From the NCBI GenBank assembly GCA_963719515.1, contig CAVRCJ010000004.1, positions 64,001-128,000 on the forward strand: a stretch of DNA of 64,000 bases. The letters are read 5' to 3'. The DNA comes from an uncultured cyanobacterium. Its GTDB lineage: Bacteria > Cyanobacteriota > Cyanobacteriia > CAKZMO01. The position numbers were made by a program, and so were the translations under genes. Numbering within the stretch: the stretch's first letter is position 1; every line of letters starts with the position of its first letter. Below are positions 1 through 9,939 of the stretch, one piece after another. The notes beneath the pieces are model-generated. The model ran no database searches, had not been told where the DNA came from, and was given only the letters and a program-made list of their open reading frames with translations.

Positions 1-555
1 AAGTTTCCCAAGCTGTCGGCCTCCCTCACAGAGCACCTCGACTACGCCGCCGTGGAGCAAATGCTGCAGGAGGGCAAAGCGGACGTGGGCATCACCTACC
101 TCCCAAGCCCCAAGGAATTCGAAACTTGGGAGCTGCTTCGAGACGAATATCTGGTCTTCCTGCCGCCCCAGGCTTCGGTGCCCGAGGCCCTCACCTGGGA
201 GCAGCTGGCCGCCTATCCGCTGATCCTCGGCCCCGATGACGATGCTTGCCTAGTGACGCTGCGGACTCACTTTGCCCGACACAAGTTCTTGAAAAAGGCC
301 GACTACCAGGTGAGCGAGGATTCCACGATTCTCGGGATGGTGGCTCAAGGGCTAGGCATTGCTATCTTGCCTCAGCTGGCCGCTTGCCCCACCCCCCCCG
401 GAATTCAAACGCGATCGCTGCCGGTGCCCTTTTATCGGCATTTGGGAGTGGCGATGTTGGCAGAGGCCCTCCACCCGCCGCCGGTATTTGCCTTTGTCGA
501 CATTCTTAAGCAGCTGCCCGTGCAGACAGCGAGTTTTGAGGACAAGTTGTCGTAA
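1..555 (+). CDS. LysR-family transcriptional regulator, C-terminal substrate-binding domain (5' truncated by window edge)
   Basis: Motifs typical of the LysR substrate-binding domain: ADVGI, LAAYPLI, ILGMVAQGLGIAILP. The frame is open back to the window start. Confidence 0.85.
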   Translation, partial: KFPKLSASLTEHLDYAAVEQMLQEGKADVGITYLPSPKEFETWELLRDEYLVFLPPQASVPEALTWEQLAAYPLILGPDDDACLVTLRTHFARHKFLKKADYQVSEDSTILGMVAQGLGIAILPQLAACPTPPGIQTRSLPVPFYRHLGVAMLAEALHPPPVFAFVDILKQLPVQTASFEDKLS

Positions 556-558
556 CCT

Positions 559-1236
559 ATGACCCCAGCAGTTCAAGCCATTCGCAGCGCCTTGGTGATC
601 TCCTGCCAGGCTCCCGCCGACTCTCCCCTCCACCAGCCTGAAATCATTGCCGCGATCGCCCAGGCGTCGGTCCAGCGGGGGGCAGTGGGGGTGCGCATCG
701 ACAGCCCCGCGCACATTCGCGCCGTTCGCCAGCAGGTTTCGGTACCCATCATTGGCCTGTGGAAGCAGACGCTGCCGGGGTCTGAGGTCTATATCACCCC
801 CCAGTTTCATCATGGGCAAGCCGTGGCGGAAGCCGGAGCCGATATCATCGCCATTGACGCTACCCAGCGCCCCCGCCCCGGTGGGGAGACGCTGCCGCAG
901 CTCGTAGAGCGCATCCACTCAGAACTACACCGTCCCGTGATGGCAGATGTAGATACCCTGGCGTCGGCAAAGGCGGCGATAGATGCGGGGGCCGACCTGG
1001 TGGGGACGACGCTGTTTGGCTATACAGCAGCGACGAGGTCGGAAAAGCCCCCTGGGTTCAAGCTATTGAAGCAGCTCGTAGATCTGGGGGTCCCTGCCGT
1101 CTGTGAGGGAGGAATTGCCTCGCCCGAGATGGCCCGGCAAGCGCTGGCGCTAGGGGCATTTAGCGTCGTGGTGGGGACGGCAATTACCGGGGTGGATGCG
1201 CTGGCGGCGGCCTATACGGCAGCGGTAAAATTCTAG
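559..1236 (+). CDS. nanE: N-acetylmannosamine-6-phosphate 2-epimerase
   Basis: LVISCQA, PIIGLWK, VYITP, GADIIAIDAT, GTTLFGYT, EGGI and VVVGTAIT motifs. Confidence 0.93.
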   Translation: MTPAVQAIRSALVISCQAPADSPLHQPEIIAAIAQASVQRGAVGVRIDSPAHIRAVRQQVSVPIIGLWKQTLPGSEVYITPQFHHGQAVAEAGADIIAIDATQRPRPGGETLPQLVERIHSELHRPVMADVDTLASAKAAIDAGADLVGTTLFGYTAATRSEKPPGFKLLKQLVDLGVPAVCEGGIASPEMARQALALGAFSVVVGTAITGVDALAAAYTAAVKF

Positions 1237-1264
1237 CTTGCGGCGATCGCACGAAGCGCCAGCG

Positions 1265-2176
1265 CTAAGCGTCCAAAAGGCGCGCCGCCGCCGCACTGTA
1301 CTCCGGGTAAGACTTTACCCCAACTAAGGTCTCTACGAGCTCGCCATCCTTGAAGAACATCACCGCCGGTATTCCCTTCAGCTCAAATCGCTTGGTGATT
1401 TGCCGATTGATGTCGAAGTCTATCTTCATTACCGCAACGTGACGGTCCGCCTGGGCCGAATGACCATCGCCATACTCCCCCGCCAGCTTATCGATGAGCG
1501 GCGTCACCTGCTTGCAAGAGCCACACCAAGACGCCATGCAGTCTACCACCAGCCTCGCCTCTTTCTCTAAAAGCGCGTCAAGCTCCGCCTCATCTTGAAT
1601 CAGCGGAGCCGCCTCTAGGGTCTCGTAACCCAATCGCATTAACGCTTGGGTTACCTCCGCAAACGGCAGGCTGCCGTTGAGGGCCTTGAGCTGCGATCGC
1701 TGCCGATAGTGATCCAGCAGCGGGGCCACTTCTGCCTGATGGCGGTCCAGATGTTGGCGAATCGCCGTGGTTGAAGGGTACTTTTCTTTGTCAGCCGAGA
1801 GCCGGTTCATCAAAATTCCGGGGGTGGCCTTGAGGTAGACCACAGTGAAAGGCGGGAGACCCACCGCAGCGGCCCAATCGTCGAACGCCTGGGCTTGCCC
1901 CAGGGTGCGCGGAAACCCATCGAGCACCCACCCCTGCAGCATCACGTCCGGCTGCTCAAACCGCCTCCGGATTAGCGTCATGGCGGAGGAATCGGGGATC
2001 TGCTTCCCAGCCGCCGCTTCCTTCGCCTCAGCGCCAATTGCCGACTCGCTGGCGATCGCGGCCTGCAAAAGCTCATCCATGGAAACGTGGGGAATTTGCC
2101 AGCGCGTCGCGATCGCGGCGGCTTGCGATTCGACACTCACCCCAGGCGGCCCCAAGAGAATGAACTGCTTCTCCAT
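1265..2176 (-). CDS. Adenylate kinase-like domain (degenerate) fused to C-terminal thioredoxin
   Basis: N-terminus has ILLGPPG and WVLDGFPRT (ADK fold). C-terminus has ASWCGSCK and GIPAVMFFKDG (thioredoxin). Confidence 0.85.
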   Translation of the reverse strand: MEKQFILLGPPGVSVESQAAAIATRWQIPHVSMDELLQAAIASESAIGAEAKEAAAGKQIPDSSAMTLIRRRFEQPDVMLQGWVLDGFPRTLGQAQAFDDWAAAVGLPPFTVVYLKATPGILMNRLSADKEKYPSTTAIRQHLDRHQAEVAPLLDHYRQRSQLKALNGSLPFAEVTQALMRLGYETLEAAPLIQDEAELDALLEKEARLVVDCMASWCGSCKQVTPLIDKLAGEYGDGHSAQADRHVAVMKIDFDINRQITKRFELKGIPAVMFFKDGELVETLVGVKSYPEYSAAAARLLDA

Positions 2177-2278
2177 CTGCTTTGTCGTTGGTAGCGTAGA
2201 TCTTTTTAGCGTAGATCTTTATAAACTACACGCTGGCCGTCTCCTCTAAACCAAGAGCAAAACAAAAAGTTGCAATCG

Positions 2279-2764
2279 TTACGTTTTGCCGTGGCAATGC
2301 TTGAACTTCTTGCCGCTGCCGCACCAGCAGGGTTCGTTTCGCTTGGGCTGCACGGGTGGCAGCAGGTCGCCCTCCAGGTAAAACCATCGGCCCCGCTGCT
2401 GGCGAAACTGCGATCGCTCGTGCAGCTGGGCCGTGCGATCGCCCTCCCGGTAGACCGCCACAAACTCCACCTCACCGGTTTTGTCTGCTGGCTGCCCCTG
2501 ATGCGCGGCAACCACGGTGAGCCCTAACCAGGTGACGCGATTGATCGTATCGGCGAGCGGGCGGCTGTCCGAGGTGCGGCGCGTGGGGTGGTGGGTCGCC
2601 ATCAGGTAGTCGACCTGGCCCAGACAGTAGGCCGTGTAGCGCGATCGCATCAGCGCCTCTGCCGTCGGGGCTAGGCCAGTCCCTTGCAGACGGGGACCGC
2701 AGCAGTCTGTAAGCCGTTGGCCACTGCCGCAGGGGCAGGGCAACGCGGAGGAGAAATTGACCAC
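2279..2764 (-). CDS. ychJ: YchJ family SEC-C motif protein
   Basis: [27 protein letters not shown] and C-terminal [18 protein letters not shown]. Confidence 0.9.
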
Positions 2765-2860
2765 GGGCTTGCTGCCCCACAGCAGGGCAGAAATTGCTGG
2801 TTAGCACTAGCCTAGACGACCCTTGGCCCCACAGCCAACTTTCCTTGCCGTCGAGTAGGT

Positions 2861-3592
2861 TTAGTCGAAGATGTCGGACCCGGCAATCCGATCGCTCACC
2901 TCACCGATATCGGTCCTTCTGAGAATAGCTAAAGCGCGATCGCCGAATTCCACCACCGCGTTTCGCCCCCGCTGCACCAGGGCAATGTCGCCCATGCGGA
3001 TTTCTTCGTCCAGCACCAGACGGTCCCGGCTCTCCTCAAAATCCCGAATTATTAGCTGACCCGCTGTGTTCAGCACAAAGAAGTCGCCCCCCGAACCCCC
3101 CCAGGCCATATCGCGTCCAGCACCGCCGTCTAGAATATCCCGACCGCGATCGCCTTTCAACCGGTCGTTATCCTCACCGCCTAGCAGTAGATCCCGACCT
3201 CGACCCCCGATGAGTAGGTCTCGCCCTAGCGCCCCCACAAGGGTGTCATGTCCCGCGAGGCCGCTGAGAACGTCGGCTGTAGGGCCGCCCAGCAGCAGAT
3301 TGCTCGCCACGCTGCCGATGAGGCGTCGGTTTCCTGGCTCGATGAGTTGGGCGAAGTCGATGTCGCCCAGCCGATTGAGCAGGCTGTTGGAGACGTCGCC
3401 TAACTCATCGGCAAGGTCGGAGAGCACCGCTAAGAGGTTGAGGCTTGGGATGTCGATGTCTGAAAAGTCAATGCCCGAGAAATCAATGCCTGGGAGGTCA
3501 ATACCTGAGAAATCAATACCTGGGAGATCAATACCTGAGAAATCAAGATCGATATCCAGGTCATCAAAAATGTTGCTGTCGAAGATGGCCAT
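2861..3592 (-). CDS. RTX-type calcium-binding repeat protein
   Basis: Multiple GGxGxDxL nonapeptides and an N-terminal ID(F/L)(S/P)G tandem repeat. Confidence 0.8.
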   Translation of the reverse strand: MAIFDSNIFDDLDIDLDFSGIDLPGIDFSGIDLPGIDFSGIDFSDIDIPSLNLLAVLSDLADELGDVSNSLLNRLGDIDFAQLIEPGNRRLIGSVASNLLLGGPTADVLSGLAGHDTLVGALGRDLLIGGRGRDLLLGGEDNDRLKGDRGRDILDGGAGRDMAWGGSGGDFFVLNTAGQLIIRDFEESRDRLVLDEEIRMGDIALVQRGRNAVVEFGDRALAILRRTDIGEVSDRIAGSDIFD

Positions 3593-3719
3593 ACCGTTTC
3601 CTTGAACGCTCTATGGTCAAGCTAAGCGGTGCTGGAGCGGTGTGAGGGAGACCATGTGTCAGCTTTGGGGACTGCCCCCCTGCCCCCCCGTGGCGTGGCC
3701 CGCGTTTTGTCCCTACCAC

Positions 3720-5825
3720 TCATGGGCACCCGTAGCCAAGCGCAACGTCCATCTCTAACACCCTGACCAAAAAGCCAAACTTGTCTGCAACCTCCTCAAT
3801 CACCTTTGCCGTTGGCTTCCCCGCCCCGTGCCCGGCCTTCGTCTCAATGCGAATCAGCACCGGCTCTTTGCCCCCATGGGCCGCCTGCAGCGCTGCCGCA
3901 AACTTAAAACTGTGGGCGGGCACGACGCGATCGTCGTGGTCGGCGGTGGTGATTAGGGTGGCGGGATAGGCGGTTTGGTCCTTGAGGTTGTGGTACGGCG
4001 AGTAGGCATAGAGTGCCTTAAACTCCTCAACATTCTCTTCCGGCGAGCCATACTCCGACATCCAGGCCCAGCCAATGGTGAACTTATGGAAGCGCAGCAT
4101 ATCCATCACGCCGACGGCGGGCAGCGCTGCCGCAAACAGGTCAGGCCGCTGAACCATGCAGGCCCCCACCAACAGACCGCCGTTGCTGCCGCCGGAGATA
4201 GCGAGCTTAGCGGGGGCGGTGTACTGCTGCTCCACTAGCCACTCAGCAGCGGCAATAAAATCGTCAAATACGTTTTGCTTTTGCTGGGTCATTCCCGCTT
4301 GATGCCAGGCTTCCCCATACTCGCCGCCCCCCCGGAGGTTAGGCACTGCGTACAGTCCGCCCAGCTCCATCCAGACCAGACTGCTCACCGAGAACCCCGG
4401 CGTGAGAGAAACGTTGAAGCCGCCATAGCCGTAAAGCAGGGCGGGGTTGCTGCCGTCTAGGGTGAGCCCTTTCTTGTGAGTGATGAACAGGGGCACCTGG
4501 GTGCCGTCCTTACTGGGGTAGAACGCTTGGGTCGTGACGTAGTCCGCTGGGTCGAAGGCCACTTCGGGCTGGCGAAACAGGGTGCTCTCCCCCCTAGCCA
4601 TGTCGTAGCGGTAGATCGTCGCTGGGGTGGTGAAGCCGGTGAAGCTGTAAAAGGTTTCGGTGTGGCTGCGCCTGCCGCCAAAGCCTCCCACAGAGCCGAT
4701 ACCGGGCAGCGCTACGTCGCCTGCTGGCGTGCCGTCTAGCTCAAAGACTTTGACGGCGGAGTAGGCATCCTTGAGATAGCTGACCACGAACTGATTGTTA
4801 ATTGTATTGACGCTCTGCAGCGTTTCCGCCGCCTCGGGAATTAGCGTTCTTCGTGCCTCAGGCTGGGCAATATCAATGGCAATCAGGCGACCTCGGGGGG
4901 CCTCAAGGTCTGTCTTGATCCAAAACACGGAGCCGTCGTTGTCAATGAAGTCATAGCTGGCCTCAAAGGTGCTGATGAGTTCCACCACCTCACTATCGGG
5001 CTGGCTCAGGTCTTGGTAGAACAGCAGGTTCTTGCGCTCCGTTCCTCGCCAGACGCTGATAATCAAGTAGCGTCCGTCGTCGGTGACGCTGCCGTCAAAG
5101 CCCCACTCCTTTTCGTCCGGGCGCTCATACACCAGCCGATCGTCAGACTGAGGCGTCCCTACGCGGTGATAGTAGAGCTTTTGGTAGTAGTTGACGTCCT
5201 CAAACTTAGTCTTCTCGCTAGGCTCGTCGTAGCGGCTGTAGTAAAAGCCCTGACCGTCGTGGGTCCAAGAGGCCCCAGAGAACTTCACCCACTGCAGGCG
5301 ATCGCCCAGCTCTTCGCCAGTTTCCACTCGCCGCACTCGCCATTCCTGCCAGTCGGAGCCGGAGCTGGAAAGGCCATAGGCAATATACTGAGCATCTTCG
5401 CTGATAGCTAGGCTAGAGAGGGCCACGGTGCCGTCGTCTGACAAGGTGTTGGGGTCAATAAGGACCCGAGGCTCGGCGTCTGATTCGAATTTCGAGTAGG
5501 GCAGGGTGTAGAGCACGTCCTGGTTTTGCAGTCCGTCATTCTTGAAGAAGAAGAGACGGTTGCCCCTGCGAAACGGGGTCCTGAACTTCTCGTAGTTCCA
5601 CAGGTCGGTAAGCCGCTCGATAATCTGCTGACGCTGGGGAATTTGGGCCAGGTAATCGAAAGTGACGCGGTTTTGAGCCTCAATCCACTCGCGGCTCTGC
5701 GGTGAGTCCGGGTTCTCTAGCCAGCGGTAGGGATCGGCAACCGGAGTGCCGTGGTAATCGTCGATTTGATCGACGGTTTTGGAATGGGGATAGGTGAGTT
5801 TAGAATCGGCCTGAGAATTCGCCAT
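3720..5825 (-). CDS. Prolyl oligopeptidase (S9A)
   Basis: VADPYRWLE, GGSNGGLL nucleophile motif, DDRVVP, AGHG. Confidence 0.95.
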   Translation of the reverse strand: MANSQADSKLTYPHSKTVDQIDDYHGTPVADPYRWLENPDSPQSREWIEAQNRVTFDYLAQIPQRQQIIERLTDLWNYEKFRTPFRRGNRLFFFKNDGLQNQDVLYTLPYSKFESDAEPRVLIDPNTLSDDGTVALSSLAISEDAQYIAYGLSSSGSDWQEWRVRRVETGEELGDRLQWVKFSGASWTHDGQGFYYSRYDEPSEKTKFEDVNYYQKLYYHRVGTPQSDDRLVYERPDEKEWGFDGSVTDDGRYLIISVWRGTERKNLLFYQDLSQPDSEVVELISTFEASYDFIDNDGSVFWIKTDLEAPRGRLIAIDIAQPEARRTLIPEAAETLQSVNTINNQFVVSYLKDAYSAVKVFELDGTPAGDVALPGIGSVGGFGGRRSHTETFYSFTGFTTPATIYRYDMARGESTLFRQPEVAFDPADYVTTQAFYPSKDGTQVPLFITHKKGLTLDGSNPALLYGYGGFNVSLTPGFSVSSLVWMELGGLYAVPNLRGGGEYGEAWHQAGMTQQKQNVFDDFIAAAEWLVEQQYTAPAKLAISGGSNGGLLVGACMVQRPDLFAAALPAVGVMDMLRFHKFTIGWAWMSEYGSPEENVEEFKALYAYSPYHNLKDQTAYPATLITTADHDDRVVPAHSFKFAAALQAAHGGKEPVLIRIETKAGHGAGKPTAKVIEEVADKFGFLVRVLEMDVALGYGCP

Positions 5826-5854
5826 GGACCCAGCAAAAGCGCAACGCTTTTAGT

Positions 5855-6784
5855 CTAGCGCCGCTCGTAGGAATAGATGCCGCCGGATTGAGTGAATAGG
5901 GCATCTGAAGTATCGCTCAGCAGCTGGCGATCGCCCTCACTCATTTCCCACGTCAGCGCCGTGGCGTTTTGCTGAATCTCCTCGCGCTTAAGGGTCAGCC
6001 CTGCAATCACGCCGCCCACGGCGGGCTGGGCCGCCGCCCAGTTTAGGGCTACTTGAGCAACTGTCTTGTCGTAGCCCTGCGCCACCTTTGACAAGGTCTC
6101 TAGCAGGGTCTGCACCGGCTTCCAGCCACCGTGAAGCTTTACCATATTGGCGTAATAGAAAGAGCGGGCGTGATCGGATTCTAGGGTGGGACGCTCGACG
6201 TGACGAAACCCATCAGAGAGAAAGCCCCCCGCCAAGACCCCATAGGCCAGCAGCGAAATATCCTGCTCTAGGCAAAAGGCCTGCATGCCGTTCTCGGCGC
6301 GGCGGTCTATGAGGCTGTACTGTACCTGGTTGGATGAAATGGGAGCCAAGGCGATCGCCTTTTTCAGCATGTCGAGATTGAAATTAGTCACTCCAAACTT
6401 AGCGATTGTGCCTTCGCTCACTAGCGCGGCAAAGGTTTCTAGGGTGCTGGTGAAGTCGAGCTGGGGATCTTGCCAGTGGAGCTGTACGCAATCTAAAACA
6501 TCCTGCTTCAGATTGCGTTGCGCAATTTCTATTCTGTGGCGAATTTGCTTCGGGGTGAGAAGCTCGTCGAAAAAAGAGGCTTTGGTCAGCACCTGGCTGG
6601 TTCTCCCCTTTAGAGCTCGCCCAAGCACCTGTTCACTGCGGCCATAGATATCTGCTGTGTCAAAGGTCTGCACTCCCATGGCAACATAGGTATCAATCGC
6701 CCGAGTTAGGTGCTCCTCTGAATGGGCTTTCCAGCTGCGATCGTCTAATTGCCAACACCCTACGATTAGAGGATTTTCCGACAT
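5855..6784 (-). CDS. Aldo/keto reductase
   Basis: GCWQL, FDTADIYG, QLHW, GVTNF, NQVQYSLIDRR. Start placed at MSENP; the alternative start is 6799. Confidence 0.9.
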   Translation of the reverse strand: MSENPLIVGCWQLDDRSWKAHSEEHLTRAIDTYVAMGVQTFDTADIYGRSEQVLGRALKGRTSQVLTKASFFDELLTPKQIRHRIEIAQRNLKQDVLDCVQLHWQDPQLDFTSTLETFAALVSEGTIAKFGVTNFNLDMLKKAIALAPISSNQVQYSLIDRRAENGMQAFCLEQDISLLAYGVLAGGFLSDGFRHVERPTLESDHARSFYYANMVKLHGGWKPVQTLLETLSKVAQGYDKTVAQVALNWAAAQPAVGGVIAGLTLKREEIQQNATALTWEMSEGDRQLLSDTSDALFTQSGGIYSYERR

Positions 6785-6954
6785 TGCGCGAAACGGCATA
6801 GAGCTAAAAACTCAGTCTGTGGATTATCGAAGGGGGGTGGATAGCGTAAAGTGAGCCGCACGGTACGGATTGAGCCGGTTCCCCATTATGAGCCGCCGAG
6901 AACTGATTTGTAAATCGAATCCTAGTTTTCTGCCATAGGAGACCACCGTTCGCT

Positions 6955-7296
6955 TTAGGGTTCCGGAGCGGGGGGCGCTGCCAAATGAGCGTAACCATAC
7001 ATGCGGGGATGGAAAAGAGACTGAACCGGGCGATCGCCCTCTAGATGCTCGGCGACAACGGTCGCAACATCGCTGGGCTTAACGCGGCAGTAAGAGACGC
7101 CGTCCGGCATGATGCGGACGTTGGGACCAACGCTACATTGGCTCATGCAGCCGCTTTCCGCAACGAAGACGGGAGGGGCGGTTTGGGCCTGAAACGCGTC
7201 AAACACTTCTGCAGCGCCGCTTCTTAGACAAGAGCGGTGCTGGCAAATTAAGATACAGCGGCGGTTTGAGGGCTCAGACGGGTTGGACAAATCCAT
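6955..7296 (-). CDS. Thioredoxin-like (2Fe-2S) ferredoxin
   Basis: CQHRSC and GCMSQCSVGP motifs, PDGVSY, EHL. Confidence 0.85.
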   Translation of the reverse strand: MDLSNPSEPSNRRCILICQHRSCLRSGAAEVFDAFQAQTAPPVFVAESGCMSQCSVGPNVRIMPDGVSYCRVKPSDVATVVAEHLEGDRPVQSLFHPRMYGYAHLAAPPAPEP

Positions 7297-7399
7297 GGGA
7301 TAAGACTCTATACCTATTGCATTCTAGAGCTAGACCTGCTGGAGAGCACGCTAGGACAGGGCGCGCGCTCTGGCAGGCAACAGGTAAAAAGACGATAAG

Positions 7400-8413
7400 C
7401 TACCCCACAAGGCTCCCCAGCGATCGCATCATGTTTTTGGGATTCATGGCGTCTAGAGCAGCCGTAGGCTCATAGCCACAGTGCACCATGCAGTCGGCGC
7501 ATTGGGGGTTCCCGCTGCGGTGGCCGTACTGATCCCACTCGGTATTATCCATCAGCTCTTGAAAGGTTTCGTAGTGCCCTTCATTGAGCAGGTAACAGGG
7601 CTTTTGCCAGCCCAAAACGCTATAGCTAGGGCTTCCCCAAGGGGTACATTCGTAGTCCTTTTCACCGATTAAAAAGTCGAGGAATAGGGGATTGTGGTTG
7701 AAATTCCACTTTTTCTTCCCCTGAGTCATCGGCGCTAAAATTTCTCGGAACAGCGCTTTCGTCTGCTCCCGCTTCAAGAAATGCTCTTGGTCAGGGGCCC
7801 ACTCATAGCTATAGCCGGGGGACACCATCATCCCATCAACCCCTAGCTCATTTAGGAAGTCAAAAAAGTCCTGAATGTCCTTGGGGTTCGCCCCTTCAAA
7901 AATCGTGGTGTTTGTGGTGACCCGAAAGCCGCGTGCTTTAGCCGCTTTGATAGCCTTCACTGCCGTCTCGAACACGCCATCCTGGTTCACAGCGCGGTCG
8001 TGGTGCTCTCCAAGGCCGTCGAGGTGGACGCTGAAGGTTAGGTAGGGCGAGGGCGTAAATTTGTCGAGGTTCTTCTCTAGAAGAATAGCGTTGGTGCAGA
8101 GATAGATGTATTTCTTCCGCGCTACCAAACCATCGACAATCGCCTTAATCTGCGGGTGTAGCAGAGGCTCTCCACCCGGAATGGAGACCACGGGCACGCC
8201 GCATTCTTCTACGGCGGCGAAGCACTCTTCTGGCGATAGATGCTGCTTGAGAATTTCTTTGGGGTGCTGAATCTTACCGCAGCCTGGGCAAGCCAGGTTG
8301 CACCGGAACAGGGGCTCTAGCATGAGCACGAGAGGAAAGCGCTTGCGTCCTTGAAGCCGCTGGGTAATTAGATATTTAGCGACGCTAGCAGCTTGCTGTA
8401 GTTGAACGGCCAT
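7400..8413 (-). CDS. hpnH: Adenosyl-hopene transferase (radical SAM)
   Basis: [42 protein letters not shown]. Confidence 0.95.
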   Translation of the reverse strand: MAVQLQQAASVAKYLITQRLQGRKRFPLVLMLEPLFRCNLACPGCGKIQHPKEILKQHLSPEECFAAVEECGVPVVSIPGGEPLLHPQIKAIVDGLVARKKYIYLCTNAILLEKNLDKFTPSPYLTFSVHLDGLGEHHDRAVNQDGVFETAVKAIKAAKARGFRVTTNTTIFEGANPKDIQDFFDFLNELGVDGMMVSPGYSYEWAPDQEHFLKREQTKALFREILAPMTQGKKKWNFNHNPLFLDFLIGEKDYECTPWGSPSYSVLGWQKPCYLLNEGHYETFQELMDNTEWDQYGHRSGNPQCADCMVHCGYEPTAALDAMNPKNMMRSLGSLVG

Positions 8414-8657
8414 GGGATCTCCTCACACGATGTCTCCTATAGCAGGAGAAACTGTACTGTGTTGATATACTAGCTTGACCCTAACGAAAGGTTACGGGCT
8501 TAGGAATTAAGACTTTCGGCAAAAACGCTTCTTTGAGTCCAACGGTGTTGCTCTACCCTCGCCCGTTACGGCTAGACGCGAGAGCACCGCCAGCGGGTTT
8601 ATCCTGAAAGCGCAGTGGATCTCTAGACTAGTTTTGCCGAAGCACCGGCCCATCTCG

Positions 8658-9755
8658 CTACGAAATGTAGGACTTCAACAGCCGCAGCATCGCGGCAACC
8701 GAAGACAGCGACGCCGTTTCATTGGCCGTATGGTAGTCCGTTGTGGGAATCTGTAGCGTCGTCCCGCTGATGACGCCGCTCGTGGCGGCAATTAGACGGC
8801 CCATTTCGGTACGGCCCATAGAATAGGGTCTGGTTCGCGTCTGGTTTTGAACGTTGATGTAGTCGTCTTTGTAGCTGTAGGTAATGCCCAGCTGCTCACA
8901 TCGAGCGGCTAGCTCTTGCGTAATGGCCTCGGCAAAATCCGCGCTCGCATCCTTACGGCGTAGAGTTACCTGCTGCATATCAGCAGCCTCACGGTTGTGG
9001 TAAGGGCTGGTGTCAAGGGCAATCAGGCGCTGAGTGGACAGCTGGTGCCGCTGGAACCACGACAGGGCATGACGCCAGCTGCGGCCCGATTCCTCTTGGG
9101 CGGTAAATAGCGCGGTCCCCTGAAACCCGCAGCGAAATAGGAAAATGATCATCGCGGCGCTGATCACATTGTCGAGCTGAGCCGAGATGTAGCCTCCGCT
9201 GGACCGCAGACGATCTAAAAAGGCAATAGGGGTGCCCGGCTGCAGATGTTCTAAGCCATCTACCTCAAAGATCAAGTTGTGTCGTTCTGGGCAAATGTAA
9301 GAGTTCGTAATCGTGCCTTGCCCAATGTAGGCTCCGTTGTAGGGCTGGTGAGCCTGCACCCGCTGGCCCTGAAAGCGATTTTCGATGGTGTTGAGCATCT
9401 GCTCGGACACCGAGTCGCCAGTCAGCTCGCCCTTGTTTCCCGCAACAAAAGCCGCATATTGAAACTCATTAGGACCGGTGCATAAAAGGCCGTGGCGGTC
9501 GATATGGGCGGAGAGCATCAGCTCCTCGGGGCGGCTGCCCTGTGCGACGAGCACTCCGTAGTAGTAGTGAACCTCTACGCCGACTTCCTCTAGCTCTCGG
9601 CGCAGCACTCTGAAAAAGGAGTCTTCGCTACCCACCACCGCCGGTTCTCGGATGAGCTGCCGCAGGATCTTGAGAAAGTTTCTCGTATCTGCCAGTTCAT
9701 TATTCTGGTCGTTGGCAATGACAAGAGGCTCGACCACTAAATCGACAGGAATCAT
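8658..9755 (-). CDS. M42/M20-like zinc metallopeptidase
   Basis: Metal-ligand pattern SAHIDRHG, AQLDN, QEES, LD, YHTANE. Confidence 0.75.
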   Translation of the reverse strand: MIPVDLVVEPLVIANDQNNELADTRNFLKILRQLIREPAVVGSEDSFFRVLRRELEEVGVEVHYYYGVLVAQGSRPEELMLSAHIDRHGLLCTGPNEFQYAAFVAGNKGELTGDSVSEQMLNTIENRFQGQRVQAHQPYNGAYIGQGTITNSYICPERHNLIFEVDGLEHLQPGTPIAFLDRLRSSGGYISAQLDNVISAAMIIFLFRCGFQGTALFTAQEESGRSWRHALSWFQRHQLSTQRLIALDTSPYHNREAADMQQVTLRRKDASADFAEAITQELAARCEQLGITYSYKDDYINVQNQTRTRPYSMGRTEMGRLIAATSGVISGTTLQIPTTDYHTANETASLSSVAAMLRLLKSYIS

Positions 9756-9939
9756 AGGGTACTAGCGGCTAAATTTTGTTTGAACTCTGGTCTGAACTTT
9801 GGGCTTATAACAGCGGCGATCGCGTGATGAAAACGAACTTGGCAATCTAGCCCCCTATTATAGAGCCGAAATCGCGGGCCATCAGTACAGTGCAATACAG
9901 TTTTTCGCCGCTTACCGGTCTTAAGACTCAACCCTGTAC

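Noticed and set aside
8414..8657. Hairpins upstream of hpnH as a SAM riboswitch
   Set aside because: No recognisable SAM riboswitch consensus. An Rfam scan would be needed.
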